DNA from: Candidatus Berkelbacteria bacterium
Lineage (GTDB): Bacteria > Patescibacteriota > UBA1384 > JAPLVJ01
Length of the DNA stretch: 53,958 nt
NCBI GenBank assembly: GCA_026397155.1
Contig: JAPLVJ010000052.1
Coordinates: forward strand, 1-53,958
Direction: 5' to 3'
Position numbers and translations under genes: made by a program. A model generated the notes under the pieces. That model saw nothing but the letters and a program-made list of their open reading frames with translations, was not told the origin of the DNA and made no database searches. Within the stretch, counting starts at the first letter, position 1. Each line of letters begins with the position of its first letter. This document shows positions 1-9,129 of this stretch, in pieces.

Positions 1-606
1 AACGAACCAATCAAGACCTTGGGTTTCATCATAGGAATCATCATAGCTGTTACTGTTCATGAGTTTATGCATGGCTATATTGCAAATTATCTAGGCGACC
101 CTACGGCTAAATACCAAGGACGATTAACTCTAAACCCAATCAAGCACCTTGACCCTCTTGGGATGATATTCTTATTGATTATCGGCTTTGGATGGGGTCG
201 ACCAGTACCAGTCAACCCAGCCAATTTTCAAAATCCTCGCCTCGGGGAATTTTTAACTTCAATTGCCGGACCACTTTCTAATTTCGTAATTGCCTTCATT
301 TTTGCGATTATCCTAAGAATTTTCCCATCAATTCCTTATGCTGTAATCATTAATTTGATTATTTATTTTAATTTAGCTATCTGTGTTTTTAACCTATTGC
401 CTGTTCCCCCACTCGACGGCTCAAAGATTGTTTGGGCAATTTTTCCTCAAATAAACGTTGATGCTTTTGAACAACTTGGAGTTGCAATATTATTTGGCTT
501 AATATTTATTCAGTATTTAATTGGCTACTCTATCATCGGAAGCATTATTCTACCAATCATGTCATTTTTAGCTCGAGTTATCGGGGCACCCGCAGCGCTA
601 TATTAA
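1..606 (+). CDS. Site-2 protease family zinc metalloprotease (peptidase M50). The 5' end is probably at or beyond the window edge.
   Basis: The frame is open from base 1, with no stop before the TTG at 19. It has an HEFMH zinc motif near the N-terminus, several hydrophobic helices and NLLPVPPLDG (the NxxPxxxLDG M50 motif). Stop TAA is at 604-606. Confidence 0.85.
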   Translation, partial: NEPIKTLGFIIGIIIAVTVHEFMHGYIANYLGDPTAKYQGRLTLNPIKHLDPLGMIFLLIIGFGWGRPVPVNPANFQNPRLGEFLTSIAGPLSNFVIAFIFAIILRIFPSIPYAVIINLIIYFNLAICVFNLLPVPPLDGSKIVWAIFPQINVDAFEQLGVAILFGLIFIQYLIGYSIIGSIILPIMSFLARVIGAPAALY

Positions 607-609
607 AAA

Positions 610-683
610 TCGGGCCAGCGAGATTCGAACTCGCGACCTCAGGACCCCCAGCCCTGCGCGCTAACCAACTGCGCTATGGCCCG
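610..683 (-). tRNA. tRNA-Pro (anticodon GGG), with no encoded CCA
   Basis: Reverse complement is CGGGCCA-TA-GCGC-AGTTGGTTA-GCGC-G-CAGGG-CTGGGGG-TCCTG-AGGTC-GCGAG-TTCGAAT-CTCGC-TGGCCCG-A. The acceptor stem is a perfect 7 bp. The anticodon loop is C-U-GGG-G-G with G37, and the T-loop is TTCGAAT. Confidence 0.9.
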
Positions 684-691
684 ATGAGAAA

Positions 692-720
692 ATAATACAA
701 CTTTTCAAAGAAAATCTCAA
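692..720 (-). promoter_or_regulatory. Candidate sigma70-type promoter for tRNA-Pro
   Basis: On the minus strand: TTGAGA (720-715), a 17-nt spacer, TATTAT (697-692). The -10 element ends 8 nt before the mature tRNA 5' end. Confidence 0.35.
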
Positions 721-741
721 CGTATCACGAGCTATAATCTA

Positions 742-750
742 TGTTATAAT
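742..750 (+). promoter_or_regulatory. Extended -10 promoter element (TGTTATAAT)
   Basis: TGT-TATAAT lies at 742-750, and a second TATAAT lies at 733-738. The predicted start is around 757, the first base of the long helix at 758-892. Confidence 0.4.
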
Positions 751-756
751 GGAAAC

Positions 757-892
757 ATCTCTACCATGGTCTTTACAAAGTTGACCCTAATTATATCTTA
801 TGGGAGTCCGCGTTCCCCTGACATAAAGTCAGAGGGCAGGACACCCACTTGGCCAAACAACGTCAACTGTTTGAAAACGACTATGGTAGAGA
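757..892 (+). ncRNA. Candidate structured RNA of unclassified type. It is either a rod-like hairpin with a large internal bubble or a cis-regulatory leader of the downstream gene.
   Basis: By hand folding, 758-771 pairs with 879-892 (14 bp, one G-U). Further pairs are 772-774/875-877, 776-779/870-873 and 780-785/862-867. An internal loop of about 13x13 nt (788-800 / 847-860) follows. Then come 802-809/839-846 and an apical hairpin 815-822/828-836 with loop AUAAA. Confidence 0.3.
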
Positions 893-904
893 AGGTCTTA
901 TAAA

Positions 905-2869
905 ATGAGTAATTATGTCGTAAAAGCAGTTTCTTTTTTAAACAAAAATAAAATCGCTGATAGAACTCTTTTGTGTTCCTGTGAACACCCACTTTACTTT
1001 TTAATCGAAACAAAACATTCATGGTTGCCAACAAATGCTTTAGCCTATCGCATCATTCAAACTGTCAAGAATAAATTCTCTGAAAGGAATTCTTCACTTT
1101 CAGAGAATTTTGAAGAAGCTCTAAAAGAAACTAATGAAATCCTTGCCAAACTAACTGAAGAAGGCCAAACCGAATGGGTTGATAACCTTTCAGCAATAAT
1201 CCTATTAATTGATCAAGATGCGTTAAGTTTAACCTCTTTAGGCAGTTCTTCCTGTTTTCTTATTCGTGAAGGAAATGCAATCGAGATTACTGCCGATCAA
1301 CCAAAAGAAACCCATCCTTTGAGAACTTTCTCTCATATTTTAAATGGCCAATTAAAAGAAAAGGATCGATTAATACTTGGCAATCCTGAATTCTTTGAAA
1401 AAGTGCCGCTCGATTATCTTAAAAAAGTCATTGCTGGTTCTGAAGTTGCCAATCTAATTCAGAAAGAAAGAATCAAAAAGGCAAATGCTCTTATTTTACA
1501 AATAGAAAGTGGGTCGCCAACTAGTGTTTCATCTTCCGAAACAATCTATTTAGATGAAGATAAAGCCAAAATTATTCTTATGCAGAGCGGAAAATATCTA
1601 TCTTCATTCTTCAAATGGATCTTAAAACAAACCAAAAGAATCTTTTCATTTTTATATAAAAAAACCAAGCACAATCTACCAAAAGCACAAAAATATATTA
1701 ATCAATCTCATCAAAAAATTACCGCAAAGACAAAAACCACTTCTCAAAAAACAGGATTAAGCAAAATCTTCTCTGCTTTAGCTGGATATAAAAGATGGAT
1801 TTTGGTGGGTTTTTCCGGTGTTCTAATTTTTGCTCTCATATTTGAGATTACCGTAGTTCTAAAAAACCGTTTTCAAAGTAGTGAATTACTATCTCAAAGA
1901 AAAACTATTATGGCCGCAGAAGATAAAACCAGAACAGCTGATGAATTGGTAAAACAAGGAAAACAGGAAGAAGCAATTAAAAACTACAAAGAAGCACTAC
2001 AACTAGTTTCTCAAATGAATAATAAGGATGCCAACATACTCTCAGATAAGATTAATGCAAAACTTGATAAACTCAATAACATTGTTAGGATTGACCCAAA
2101 AGAATACCTTGATTTCAATGTATTTAAAAATGCGACTGTTTCCCAAATTATTCTGGCTGAAAAAACAATTTATTCTGTTGATAGCAAAACCAACCAAATA
2201 TATAAAGAAAAATCAAACCCGTCTAGCTTACCTCAATATTCAGGACAATTTATTTATGGCTCTTTTCAAGACCAAGAAAAACTACTGGTTTTTTATCAAG
2301 AAAATGATGGCGTTTATGAATATAAAATCGACGAAAATAAGGTTGAAAAAGCTAAAACTGTTTTTGATCAAGGATGGGAAAAAGCAAAAATTATTGCCAC
2401 ATACTTTACCAATTTATATCTACTTAATCCAGAACAGGGCCAAATTTACAAATACGAAAAAACAGCTGCTGGTTATTCAAAAGGAAGCGCCTATGTCAAT
2501 AAAGACAATGTTGACCTAAAAAAAGCAATTTCTTTTGCCTTAGACGGCTATGTTTATGTCCTAAATAATGATGGCACTGTTATAAAGCTTATGGCCGGCC
2601 GCCGAGTTAATAATTTCACCATCAATGGGATACCAGAAAATGAAACCGGTTCAAAAATCAAAAATCCAATCAAAATCATTACATTTCCAGAACAACAATC
2701 ATTATATATACTAGATGGCAATCAAATCTTAGAATTCGATAAAACAGGCAAATATCAAAAAATGCTTGTTATCAATAATATTACAAATATCAAAGATTTC
2801 GCTGTCAGTCCTAAAAATAAAAAAATCTACCTATTGTCTGGCACCAAGGTATATGAATTTGGACTTTAA
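905..2869 (+). CDS. Membrane protein with an N-terminal PP2C/SpoIIE-like (apparently degenerate) domain, one TM helix, a helical linker and C-terminal beta-propeller-like repeats
   Basis: 654-aa ORF. The N-terminal part resembles the PPM fold, but the GDSR-like position reads GSSS (ALSLTSLGSSSCFLIREGNAIEIT). The TM segment is WILVGFSGVLIFALIFEITVVL. The C-terminal half has repeated blade-like strands (YVYVLNNDGTVIKL, LYILDGNQILEFDKTGKY, KIYLLSGTKVYEF). Confidence 0.55.
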   Translation: MSNYVVKAVSFLNKNKIADRTLLCSCEHPLYFLIETKHSWLPTNALAYRIIQTVKNKFSERNSSLSENFEEALKETNEILAKLTEEGQTEWVDNLSAIILLIDQDALSLTSLGSSSCFLIREGNAIEITADQPKETHPLRTFSHILNGQLKEKDRLILGNPEFFEKVPLDYLKKVIAGSEVANLIQKERIKKANALILQIESGSPTSVSSSETIYLDEDKAKIILMQSGKYLSSFFKWILKQTKRIFSFLYKKTKHNLPKAQKYINQSHQKITAKTKTTSQKTGLSKIFSALAGYKRWILVGFSGVLIFALIFEITVVLKNRFQSSELLSQRKTIMAAEDKTRTADELVKQGKQEEAIKNYKEALQLVSQMNNKDANILSDKINAKLDKLNNIVRIDPKEYLDFNVFKNATVSQIILAEKTIYSVDSKTNQIYKEKSNPSSLPQYSGQFIYGSFQDQEKLLVFYQENDGVYEYKIDENKVEKAKTVFDQGWEKAKIIATYFTNLYLLNPEQGQIYKYEKTAAGYSKGSAYVNKDNVDLKKAISFALDGYVYVLNNDGTVIKLMAGRRVNNFTINGIPENETGSKIKNPIKIITFPEQQSLYILDGNQILEFDKTGKYQKMLVINNITNIKDFAVSPKNKKIYLLSGTKVYEFGL

Positions 2870-3468
2870 AGTTTCCCCAAAAGATTAAAATAATAAAAAA
2901 CAATCAGAGTGATAAATATTGCAGTAAAAAAACCAGCAAGAAGCTGTTTTTTTGTGTGCCTCAAAAGATAAAAACGAGACCAAAACACGACTGGAATTAA
3001 AACTATAACCAACCAGAAAGACCACCCAAATAGAGCCAAAACAACCAAAGCAAAAGCAGTAACACCTGCGGCATGTAGGCTAACTTTTCTCCGCATGTTA
3101 ATAATGAATAATGCCAAGTTTAATAACGCTAGAGCAAACACAATCGCATAGAGAGGCTCTGGATTATGATAAAAACTTAAAGCAATAATTTCGGCAAAGA
3201 AAATGATTACTATCTTAGCTAGGATAGATGAACGGTTTTTAATTACTTCTTTGTTTTTAACTGTATCATCAATTACTATTCCCTTTTGAAAAGAACTATA
3301 AATAAAATATATTGGTAAAAAACCATTTAAGATTAGAGCTGCAAGAGTAAAAACCATCATGTGTTCCTTACTTAAATTACTCTCTTCAATCCCAAGCAAT
3401 ATTAAAATCAATGCTAAAAAGAGAGGATTTAAAATTAAGGAAACAATTTCTAGGGGTTTTTTAATCAT
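2866..3468 (-). CDS. Polytopic membrane protein, possibly a PAP2-like lipid phosphatase
   Basis: 200 aa with about 6 hydrophobic helices. It has VSLHAAG (SxH) and SRFYLLRHTKKQ (SRx5Hx3-like) motifs reminiscent of PAP2 C2/C3 motifs. It is coupled to argS through a TAATG stop/start overlap at 3466-3470. Confidence 0.4.
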   Translation of the reverse strand: MIKKPLEIVSLILNPLFLALILILLGIEESNLSKEHMMVFTLAALILNGFLPIYFIYSSFQKGIVIDDTVKNKEVIKNRSSILAKIVIIFFAEIIALSFYHNPEPLYAIVFALALLNLALFIINMRRKVSLHAAGVTAFALVVLALFGWSFWLVIVLIPVVFWSRFYLLRHTKKQLLAGFFTAIFITLIVFYYFNLLGKL

Positions 3469-5102
3469 TACATTCTCGATAGCGGTTTTATCCCTAATAT
3501 GCCTAATGCATTAGTTAAGACTATTTGAGTTGCTTGAATCAGGGCAATACGAGAAGTAGTTAAATCAGGATTTTTTTTATCAATTACCTTACATTTTTCA
3601 TAAAAATTATGGAAAGAGACTGCCACTTCATAAGTATAAAAAGCTAACTTTTGAACCTGATAACTCCGCGTGATTTCTTCTATAATTTCGGGAAACTTTA
3701 AAATTTGCTTAGCTAGTTGCAATTCTGCCGAATGAACAAGTAATTTATAGTTCGGTGTTTTTGCTTTGAGTTGATGATATTGTGCTTTGGATTTAGCAAG
3801 AATTCCGTGAATTCTTGCATTTGCATATTGGATATAATAAACAGGATTTTCTTCAGATTTATCCTTTGCTAACTTAAGATCAAAATCTAAATGAGTTCCA
3901 GGAGATTTTTGCAACATCATAAAACGAAAAACGTCTTTAGGCACCTCATCTAATACTTGACGAGCTGTTACGTAGGTACCTTGCCTCTTAGACATTTTCT
4001 CAATATTATCTCCCTTTTTAAGTCGCACAAATTGATATAATACTATTCTTAGCCAATCTTTAGTAATCCCGAGTGTCTCTAAAGCTAGCATCATTTTTTG
4101 AATATGACCATAAGTATTAGCACCTAAAACATCAATCACTTGATCAAAACCACGGTTTACCTTATCTATGTGGTAAGCTAGATCATTGGTAAAATAAGTT
4201 GGCGTTCTTCTTGGATCGCTTCTCAATAAAACATATTCCTTATCTTCCAGAACTTGCTCTTCACCTTTTTTGCAAAACCATAATGCCCCATCCTTCTCCC
4301 TTGCCATTCCTTTCTTAATTAAATCTGAAATAACTTTTGTAGTTTTATCTTTTTTTATAATCTCGCTTTCATAAATATAATTATCAAAACGAATTCCCAT
4401 ATCTAGACAGTCTTTTTTGATCCCTTGCATCATCTTTTTAATCCCCACTTTAGCAAAGTACTCTGTGGATACTATCTTAGGATCCTTTATCTCGTGGGCT
4501 ATCTTTTGTACATAATCCCCTTGATAACCATCTTCGGGAAAAGGAATACTCTTGTCTTTCTTCTTTAAATACCAGTACATAATTGTCTGGCCAAATTTTT
4601 CAACTTGATTCCCAACATCATTAACATAGAATTCTCTTTTAACATTAAAACCAGACTTTTCTAGAACGCTCGCTAGTACATCGCCTATAGGACCACCTCT
4701 GGCATTCCCTATGTGTAAAGGACCAGTTGGGTTTGCCGAAATAAACTCGACTTGTACTTTTTTACCTTTGCCAACATTTTGAGAGCCGAATTTATCTTTT
4801 TCTTGAATTATTTGATCAATTTTATCTAAAACCCATTCTTCATTCAAATAAAAATTAATAAAACCCGGGGGAGCTAGTTCAATTTTCTTTAAAAATTTTG
4901 CTTCTAGGTTGTTGATAATCTTTTGTGCAATCTCTAGTGGTGGCTTTTTTACTATAGAAGCAATCTGCATTGCTACAGAACAAGAATAATCACCAAAACT
5001 AGCCTCTTTTGGATATTCAATATCAAAATCAGGTATCTTAATGTTCGAATAAGCCTTTTTTACTGCTTTTTCAACTAATTGTTTCAGATCCCCTTTAACC
5101 AA
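3468..5102 (-). CDS. argS: Arginine--tRNA ligase
   Basis: 544 aa. It has the class I HIGH-region motif ANPTGPLHIGNARGG, the MSKRQG (KMSK-type) motif and an anticodon-binding C-terminus ending in ..SRM. Confidence 0.95.
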   Translation of the reverse strand: MVKGDLKQLVEKAVKKAYSNIKIPDFDIEYPKEASFGDYSCSVAMQIASIVKKPPLEIAQKIINNLEAKFLKKIELAPPGFINFYLNEEWVLDKIDQIIQEKDKFGSQNVGKGKKVQVEFISANPTGPLHIGNARGGPIGDVLASVLEKSGFNVKREFYVNDVGNQVEKFGQTIMYWYLKKKDKSIPFPEDGYQGDYVQKIAHEIKDPKIVSTEYFAKVGIKKMMQGIKKDCLDMGIRFDNYIYESEIIKKDKTTKVISDLIKKGMAREKDGALWFCKKGEEQVLEDKEYVLLRSDPRRTPTYFTNDLAYHIDKVNRGFDQVIDVLGANTYGHIQKMMLALETLGITKDWLRIVLYQFVRLKKGDNIEKMSKRQGTYVTARQVLDEVPKDVFRFMMLQKSPGTHLDFDLKLAKDKSEENPVYYIQYANARIHGILAKSKAQYHQLKAKTPNYKLLVHSAELQLAKQILKFPEIIEEITRSYQVQKLAFYTYEVAVSFHNFYEKCKVIDKKNPDLTTSRIALIQATQIVLTNALGILGIKPLSRM

Positions 5103-5108
5103 AAATCC

Positions 5109-6269
5109 TCACTTTATTTTTACCCTTACAAACCTTCTTTTCCCTGCTTGAATAATCATTCTATCTTTAAGTTCAATTTTTAAAAACCGATTAGCTTCTG
5201 TTTTTCCGTTAATCTTAACTGCACATTGCTCGATCAATCTAGTTGCCTCTGATTTACTTTTCGCAAACTTTAAATTAACCAAAAGATCCACAATATTCCA
5301 CACCCCATGAAGCTGCACTTCCTCTATCTCTGATGGGTTTAGTTTTTCTCTAAAAACACGCTTAAATTCCTGCTCTGCTCTTTGCGCACTATCTTTCCCA
5401 TGATAAATTTTAACAATTTCATAAGCCAAACGTGCTTTTTGATCTCTAGGATTTTCTATCTTTTTAATCTCAGAAAGAGGGATATCTGTACAAAGTTCAA
5501 AATAATTCATAATTTGCTCATCAGGAATTGACATAATTTTGCCGTAAATCTCTTCTGGTTTCTCGGTAATCCCTACATAATTACCCAGACTCTTGGACAT
5601 TTTCTTCACCCCATCAATACCCACCAAAATTTTCAAGGTCATTATCTCTTGCGGTTCTATATTTGATTTCTCCATTAAACGACGGCCGGCTAGCATATTA
5701 AATTTTTGATCTGTACCACCAACTTCCAAATCTGACCTTAAAACAACAGAATCATATGCTTGTAAAATTGGGTAATCTATCTCATGGCATCTTAAATCTT
5801 TGCCTTCTTTTATTCTATTGGTAAAATCATCGCGCTCTAAAATTCTTTGAACTGAAAAATTACTTTTAATATTTAGATATTCGGCAAGAGACATCTTTTT
5901 GTACCACTCAGAATTCTTTCTAACTTCAGCTTTCTTAATATCAACAATCTTTTCAGCTTGCTCTAAATATGTTTTTGCATTGTGTTCTACTTCTTCCTTA
6001 GAAAGCATTGGCCTTGTCTTATTCGCACCTGAAGGATCACCGATTGCTGCCGTAAAATCTCCTATAAGAAAAATAATTTTATGCCCAAGTTTTTGGAACT
6101 CGGCCATTTTTCTTAAAGCAATAGCAATACCAAGATGAATATCTGGTGCTGTTGGATCTATGCCTAACTTTATTCTTAACTTCCGACTTGATTTAATTTT
6201 TTCAATCAGAATCTCTTTATTGATTATTTCTTCTACTCCACGAATTAAAAGATCTTTTTGGTCTGGCAT
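5109..6269 (-). CDS. tyrS: Tyrosine--tRNA ligase (short form with a C-terminal S4-like domain)
   Basis: 386 aa with GIDPTAPDIHLG (HIGH-like), GGTDQKFNMLAGR, KMSKSLGN and a C-terminal S4-like segment. SD GGAGG lies 5 nt upstream of the ATG. Confidence 0.9.
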   Translation of the reverse strand: MPDQKDLLIRGVEEIINKEILIEKIKSSRKLRIKLGIDPTAPDIHLGIAIALRKMAEFQKLGHKIIFLIGDFTAAIGDPSGANKTRPMLSKEEVEHNAKTYLEQAEKIVDIKKAEVRKNSEWYKKMSLAEYLNIKSNFSVQRILERDDFTNRIKEGKDLRCHEIDYPILQAYDSVVLRSDLEVGGTDQKFNMLAGRRLMEKSNIEPQEIMTLKILVGIDGVKKMSKSLGNYVGITEKPEEIYGKIMSIPDEQIMNYFELCTDIPLSEIKKIENPRDQKARLAYEIVKIYHGKDSAQRAEQEFKRVFREKLNPSEIEEVQLHGVWNIVDLLVNLKFAKSKSEATRLIEQCAVKINGKTEANRFLKIELKDRMIIQAGKRRFVRVKIK

Positions 6270-6295
6270 TTTTCCTCCACTCTTCTACAATTTAC

Positions 6296-6324
6296 ATTGT
6301 AAACACTTTTTGGTATGATAACAA
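6296..6324 (-). promoter_or_regulatory. Candidate tyrS promoter
   Basis: On the minus strand: TTGTTA (6324-6319), a 17-nt spacer, TACAAT (6301-6296). It sits about 25 nt upstream of the tyrS ATG and ahead of the GGAGG SD. Confidence 0.4.
6311..6319 (+). promoter_or_regulatory. Candidate extended -10 (TGGTATGAT) for the class A PBP gene, implying a leaderless or near-leaderless mRNA
   Basis: TGg-TATGAT ends 8 nt before the ATG at 6328. There is no SD in the intervening AACAACCG. Confidence 0.3.
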
Positions 6325-6327
6325 CCG

Positions 6328-9123
6328 ATGATTAAAAAAATTCCCCTTTTATTTAAGGGCATCACTAAATTTTTTCGTAACTATTTTAAACTTTTTACAC
6401 GCTCTATACACCCAAGAAAATATGGGTTCAAACCACTAGGTTTGTTCTTGCTTCAAACCCTTGGTATGCTTTTTGGTATATTTCTCATTCTGGTTGCTTT
6501 TTATTCTAAAGATTTACCTACCCCGGGTAACTTACAAAAAAGAATTTCCAAGGAATCGACAAAAATTTTAGATAGAAATGGAAACCTTTTATATGCTATC
6601 CATGGAGAAGAAAATCGAATTATCTTAAAAAATGACGAAATTCCGAATAATTTAAAAAATGCGACTATCGCCGTCGAAGATAAAAACTTTTATAAGCACT
6701 TCGGGATAGACTTTAGTGGAATTGCCAGGGCGACTATAAATAACTTGAGTCACGGCCGTAATAGAATACAAGGAGGATCAACCCTAACTCAACAATTTGT
6801 CAAAAATGCTCTCTTGACGCCTAAAAGAACTTTTGCCAGGAAAGTAAAAGAAGCAATTTTATCAATTGAACTAGAAATACTTTATTCAAAAGATGAAATC
6901 CTAACTATGTATATAAACGAAATCCCCTATGGTTCTAATGCTTATGGGGTTGAAGCGGCTGCAAACACATACTTTGGTAAAAAAGCCAAAGATTTGACTT
7001 TAGCCGAATCAGCTCTTTTAGCTGCTTTACCCAAGGCACCCACCTATTATTCTCCTTACGGCACTCATACCAAAGAACTTGAAATCCGTAAAAATTATGT
7101 CTTAGATCGTATGAGTTCTTTGGGATATATAAGCAAAGAAGAGGCAGAAAAAGCTAAAGGTGATAAAATTGCTTTTGTTCCTCGTCGTGAATCAATTCAG
7201 GCACCTCACTTTGTTATGTATGTCCGAGAAATATTAGCTGAAAAATATGGTGAGAAAATAGTATCTAGTGGTGGATTAACAGTGACGACCACTCTTGATT
7301 TAGAAAAACAAAAAGTAGCTCAAGAAGTAGTAGACAAATATGGCCCAATTAATCTTAAAAAAGCCGGTGCCAAAAATGCTGCCATGGTTGCCTTAGACCC
7401 TAAAACTGGTCAAATTTTAGCCATGATTGGTTCAAAAGATTACTTTAATACAGACATTGACGGGAATGTTAATGTCACCTTAGCTAATAGACAACCTGGG
7501 TCGTCTTTTAAACCGGTAGTCTATGCCACAGGTTTTAAAAAAGAATGGGCACCTGCTTCAGTTTTATTCGACTTAAAAACCGATTTTGGTGGCGGATATA
7601 ACCCGGATAACTATGATGGGAAAACACGTGGACCTGTCACAATTAGAACTGCTCTAGCCAACTCCCTTAATATTCCGGCAGTTAAAATGCTTGGCCTAGT
7701 TGGTTTAGATGATGCATTAAAAACAGCTAAAGACTTTGGTATTACTACGTTTACCAGACCAAAAAGCGAATATGGACTTTCATTAGTATTAGGCGGCGGC
7801 GAGGTTAAACTTCTAGAACTTGCTTCTGCTTATGGTGTTTTTGCTAATAATGGGACTAGAAACGAAACAACTCCTATTTTGAAAGTAGTCGACCAAAAAG
7901 GTAAAACATTAGAGGAATGGAAACCAAATAAAAATAAAAAAGAAGTTATTGCTCCAGAAATTGCATACGAAATCTCTTCAATCTTATCTGATAATGAAGC
8001 TCGTTCCGCTATTTTTGGTTCACGAAGCCCGCTGTATATTCAAGGAAGAACGGTTGCGGCTAAAACTGGCACAACTGATGCTTTTCGCGATGCTTGGACA
8101 ATGGGATATACTCCATCTCTAGTTACGGGTGTCTGGGTTGGAAATAATGACAACTCTTCAATGTCAGGAACAAGAGGCGCTGGTGCAATGGCCGCTGCTC
8201 CAATTTTCCACGACTTCATGGTAAAAGCTCTTGAAGGAACACAAAACGAAGAATTTTACCGACCCGACACAATCCAAGAAGTTGTTGTTGATGCACTAAC
8301 AGCAAAACTACCGATACAAGGTGCAGATACCAGAAAAGATATTTTTGCTTCTTGGCAAATACCAAAAGAAAGAGCTTTTTCAAAAGGAACGGTTAAAATC
8401 GATAAGCTTTGCGGAGACAAACTAGCCACTGACTCAACACCGGCAGAATATATTGAAGAAAGAATATATCGAGTTATTCATTCCGAAATGCCTGATAATC
8501 CAAATTGGGAAGCGCCGGTCAGAGCATGGGCACAAGCAAATGGTTATATCTCTAATCCTCCAACAGAATACTGCACTGCACATGGCAAAGAAAATCAACC
8601 TTCAATTTCAATTACAGATCCAAAAAATAATGCTTTAGTTGCAGGAACATTTAATATTAATAGTAGCGTTAGCGCTCCAGCAGGTGTAGATAAAGTCGAG
8701 TTTTACATTGATAATATTTTAGTCGGCTCTGATAACGAAGCGCCGTATTCATATTCTTACGATGCGAGAAATCTCTCTGAAGGCAGCCATACAATTTCAG
8801 CTATGGTGTATGACAAAGTTGGCTTTAAAGAAAGAACCTCAATAACTATTAATGTCGAAAGGGATACACAGACTCCTACTGCACCAACTAATTTAACTGG
8901 CTCAAGGATAGGTTCAGCTGTTATCTTAACTTGGAATGCTTCTACAGATAATGTTTCAGTTGCAGGATATAACATTTACCGTTCTGGAAGTAAATTAAAT
9001 GCTAATTTAATTACCTCTCCTTCATATACTGATTCAACTTCTCCTGTTGGTTCGCAGTACGAAGTAGAAGCCGTTGACACAAGTGGCAATAAGAGCTCTA
9101 AAAGTAATAAGATAACAATTTAG
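6328..9123 (+). CDS. ponA: Class A penicillin-binding protein (glycosyltransferase + transpeptidase) with C-terminal Ig-like and fibronectin-III domains
   Basis: 931 aa with an N-terminal TM anchor. GT51 motifs are EDKNFYKHFGID and GGSTLTQQ. Transpeptidase motifs are SSFKP and KTGTT. The C-terminal ~170 aa are Ig/Fn3-like (PTNLTG...WNASTDNVSVAGYNIYR). Confidence 0.93.
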   Translation: MIKKIPLLFKGITKFFRNYFKLFTRSIHPRKYGFKPLGLFLLQTLGMLFGIFLILVAFYSKDLPTPGNLQKRISKESTKILDRNGNLLYAIHGEENRIILKNDEIPNNLKNATIAVEDKNFYKHFGIDFSGIARATINNLSHGRNRIQGGSTLTQQFVKNALLTPKRTFARKVKEAILSIELEILYSKDEILTMYINEIPYGSNAYGVEAAANTYFGKKAKDLTLAESALLAALPKAPTYYSPYGTHTKELEIRKNYVLDRMSSLGYISKEEAEKAKGDKIAFVPRRESIQAPHFVMYVREILAEKYGEKIVSSGGLTVTTTLDLEKQKVAQEVVDKYGPINLKKAGAKNAAMVALDPKTGQILAMIGSKDYFNTDIDGNVNVTLANRQPGSSFKPVVYATGFKKEWAPASVLFDLKTDFGGGYNPDNYDGKTRGPVTIRTALANSLNIPAVKMLGLVGLDDALKTAKDFGITTFTRPKSEYGLSLVLGGGEVKLLELASAYGVFANNGTRNETTPILKVVDQKGKTLEEWKPNKNKKEVIAPEIAYEISSILSDNEARSAIFGSRSPLYIQGRTVAAKTGTTDAFRDAWTMGYTPSLVTGVWVGNNDNSSMSGTRGAGAMAAAPIFHDFMVKALEGTQNEEFYRPDTIQEVVVDALTAKLPIQGADTRKDIFASWQIPKERAFSKGTVKIDKLCGDKLATDSTPAEYIEERIYRVIHSEMPDNPNWEAPVRAWAQANGYISNPPTEYCTAHGKENQPSISITDPKNNALVAGTFNINSSVSAPAGVDKVEFYIDNILVGSDNEAPYSYSYDARNLSEGSHTISAMVYDKVGFKERTSITINVERDTQTPTAPTNLTGSRIGSAVILTWNASTDNVSVAGYNIYRSGSKLNANLITSPSYTDSTSPVGSQYEVEAVDTSGNKSSKSNKITI

Positions 9124-9129
9124 TTGAAA

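Noticed and set aside
757-892. Assignment of the rod-like RNA as SRP (4.5S) RNA
   Set aside because: The apical part lacks the conserved helix-8 features, namely the GNRA (GGAA) tetraloop and the AGG/AGCA loop motifs, on either strand. Only the overall rod shape is similar.
798-1034. 78-aa minus-strand ORF spanning the structured region and the start of the 905 gene
   Set aside because: It has no SD, overlaps the much longer plus-strand gene and the hairpin, and its composition is typical of a chance ORF.
2028-2519. 163-aa plus-strand ORF nested in another frame of the 905-2869 gene
   Set aside because: It is a Lys/Ile/Leu-rich low-complexity product of AT-rich DNA, lies wholly inside a better-supported gene, and has no independent signals.
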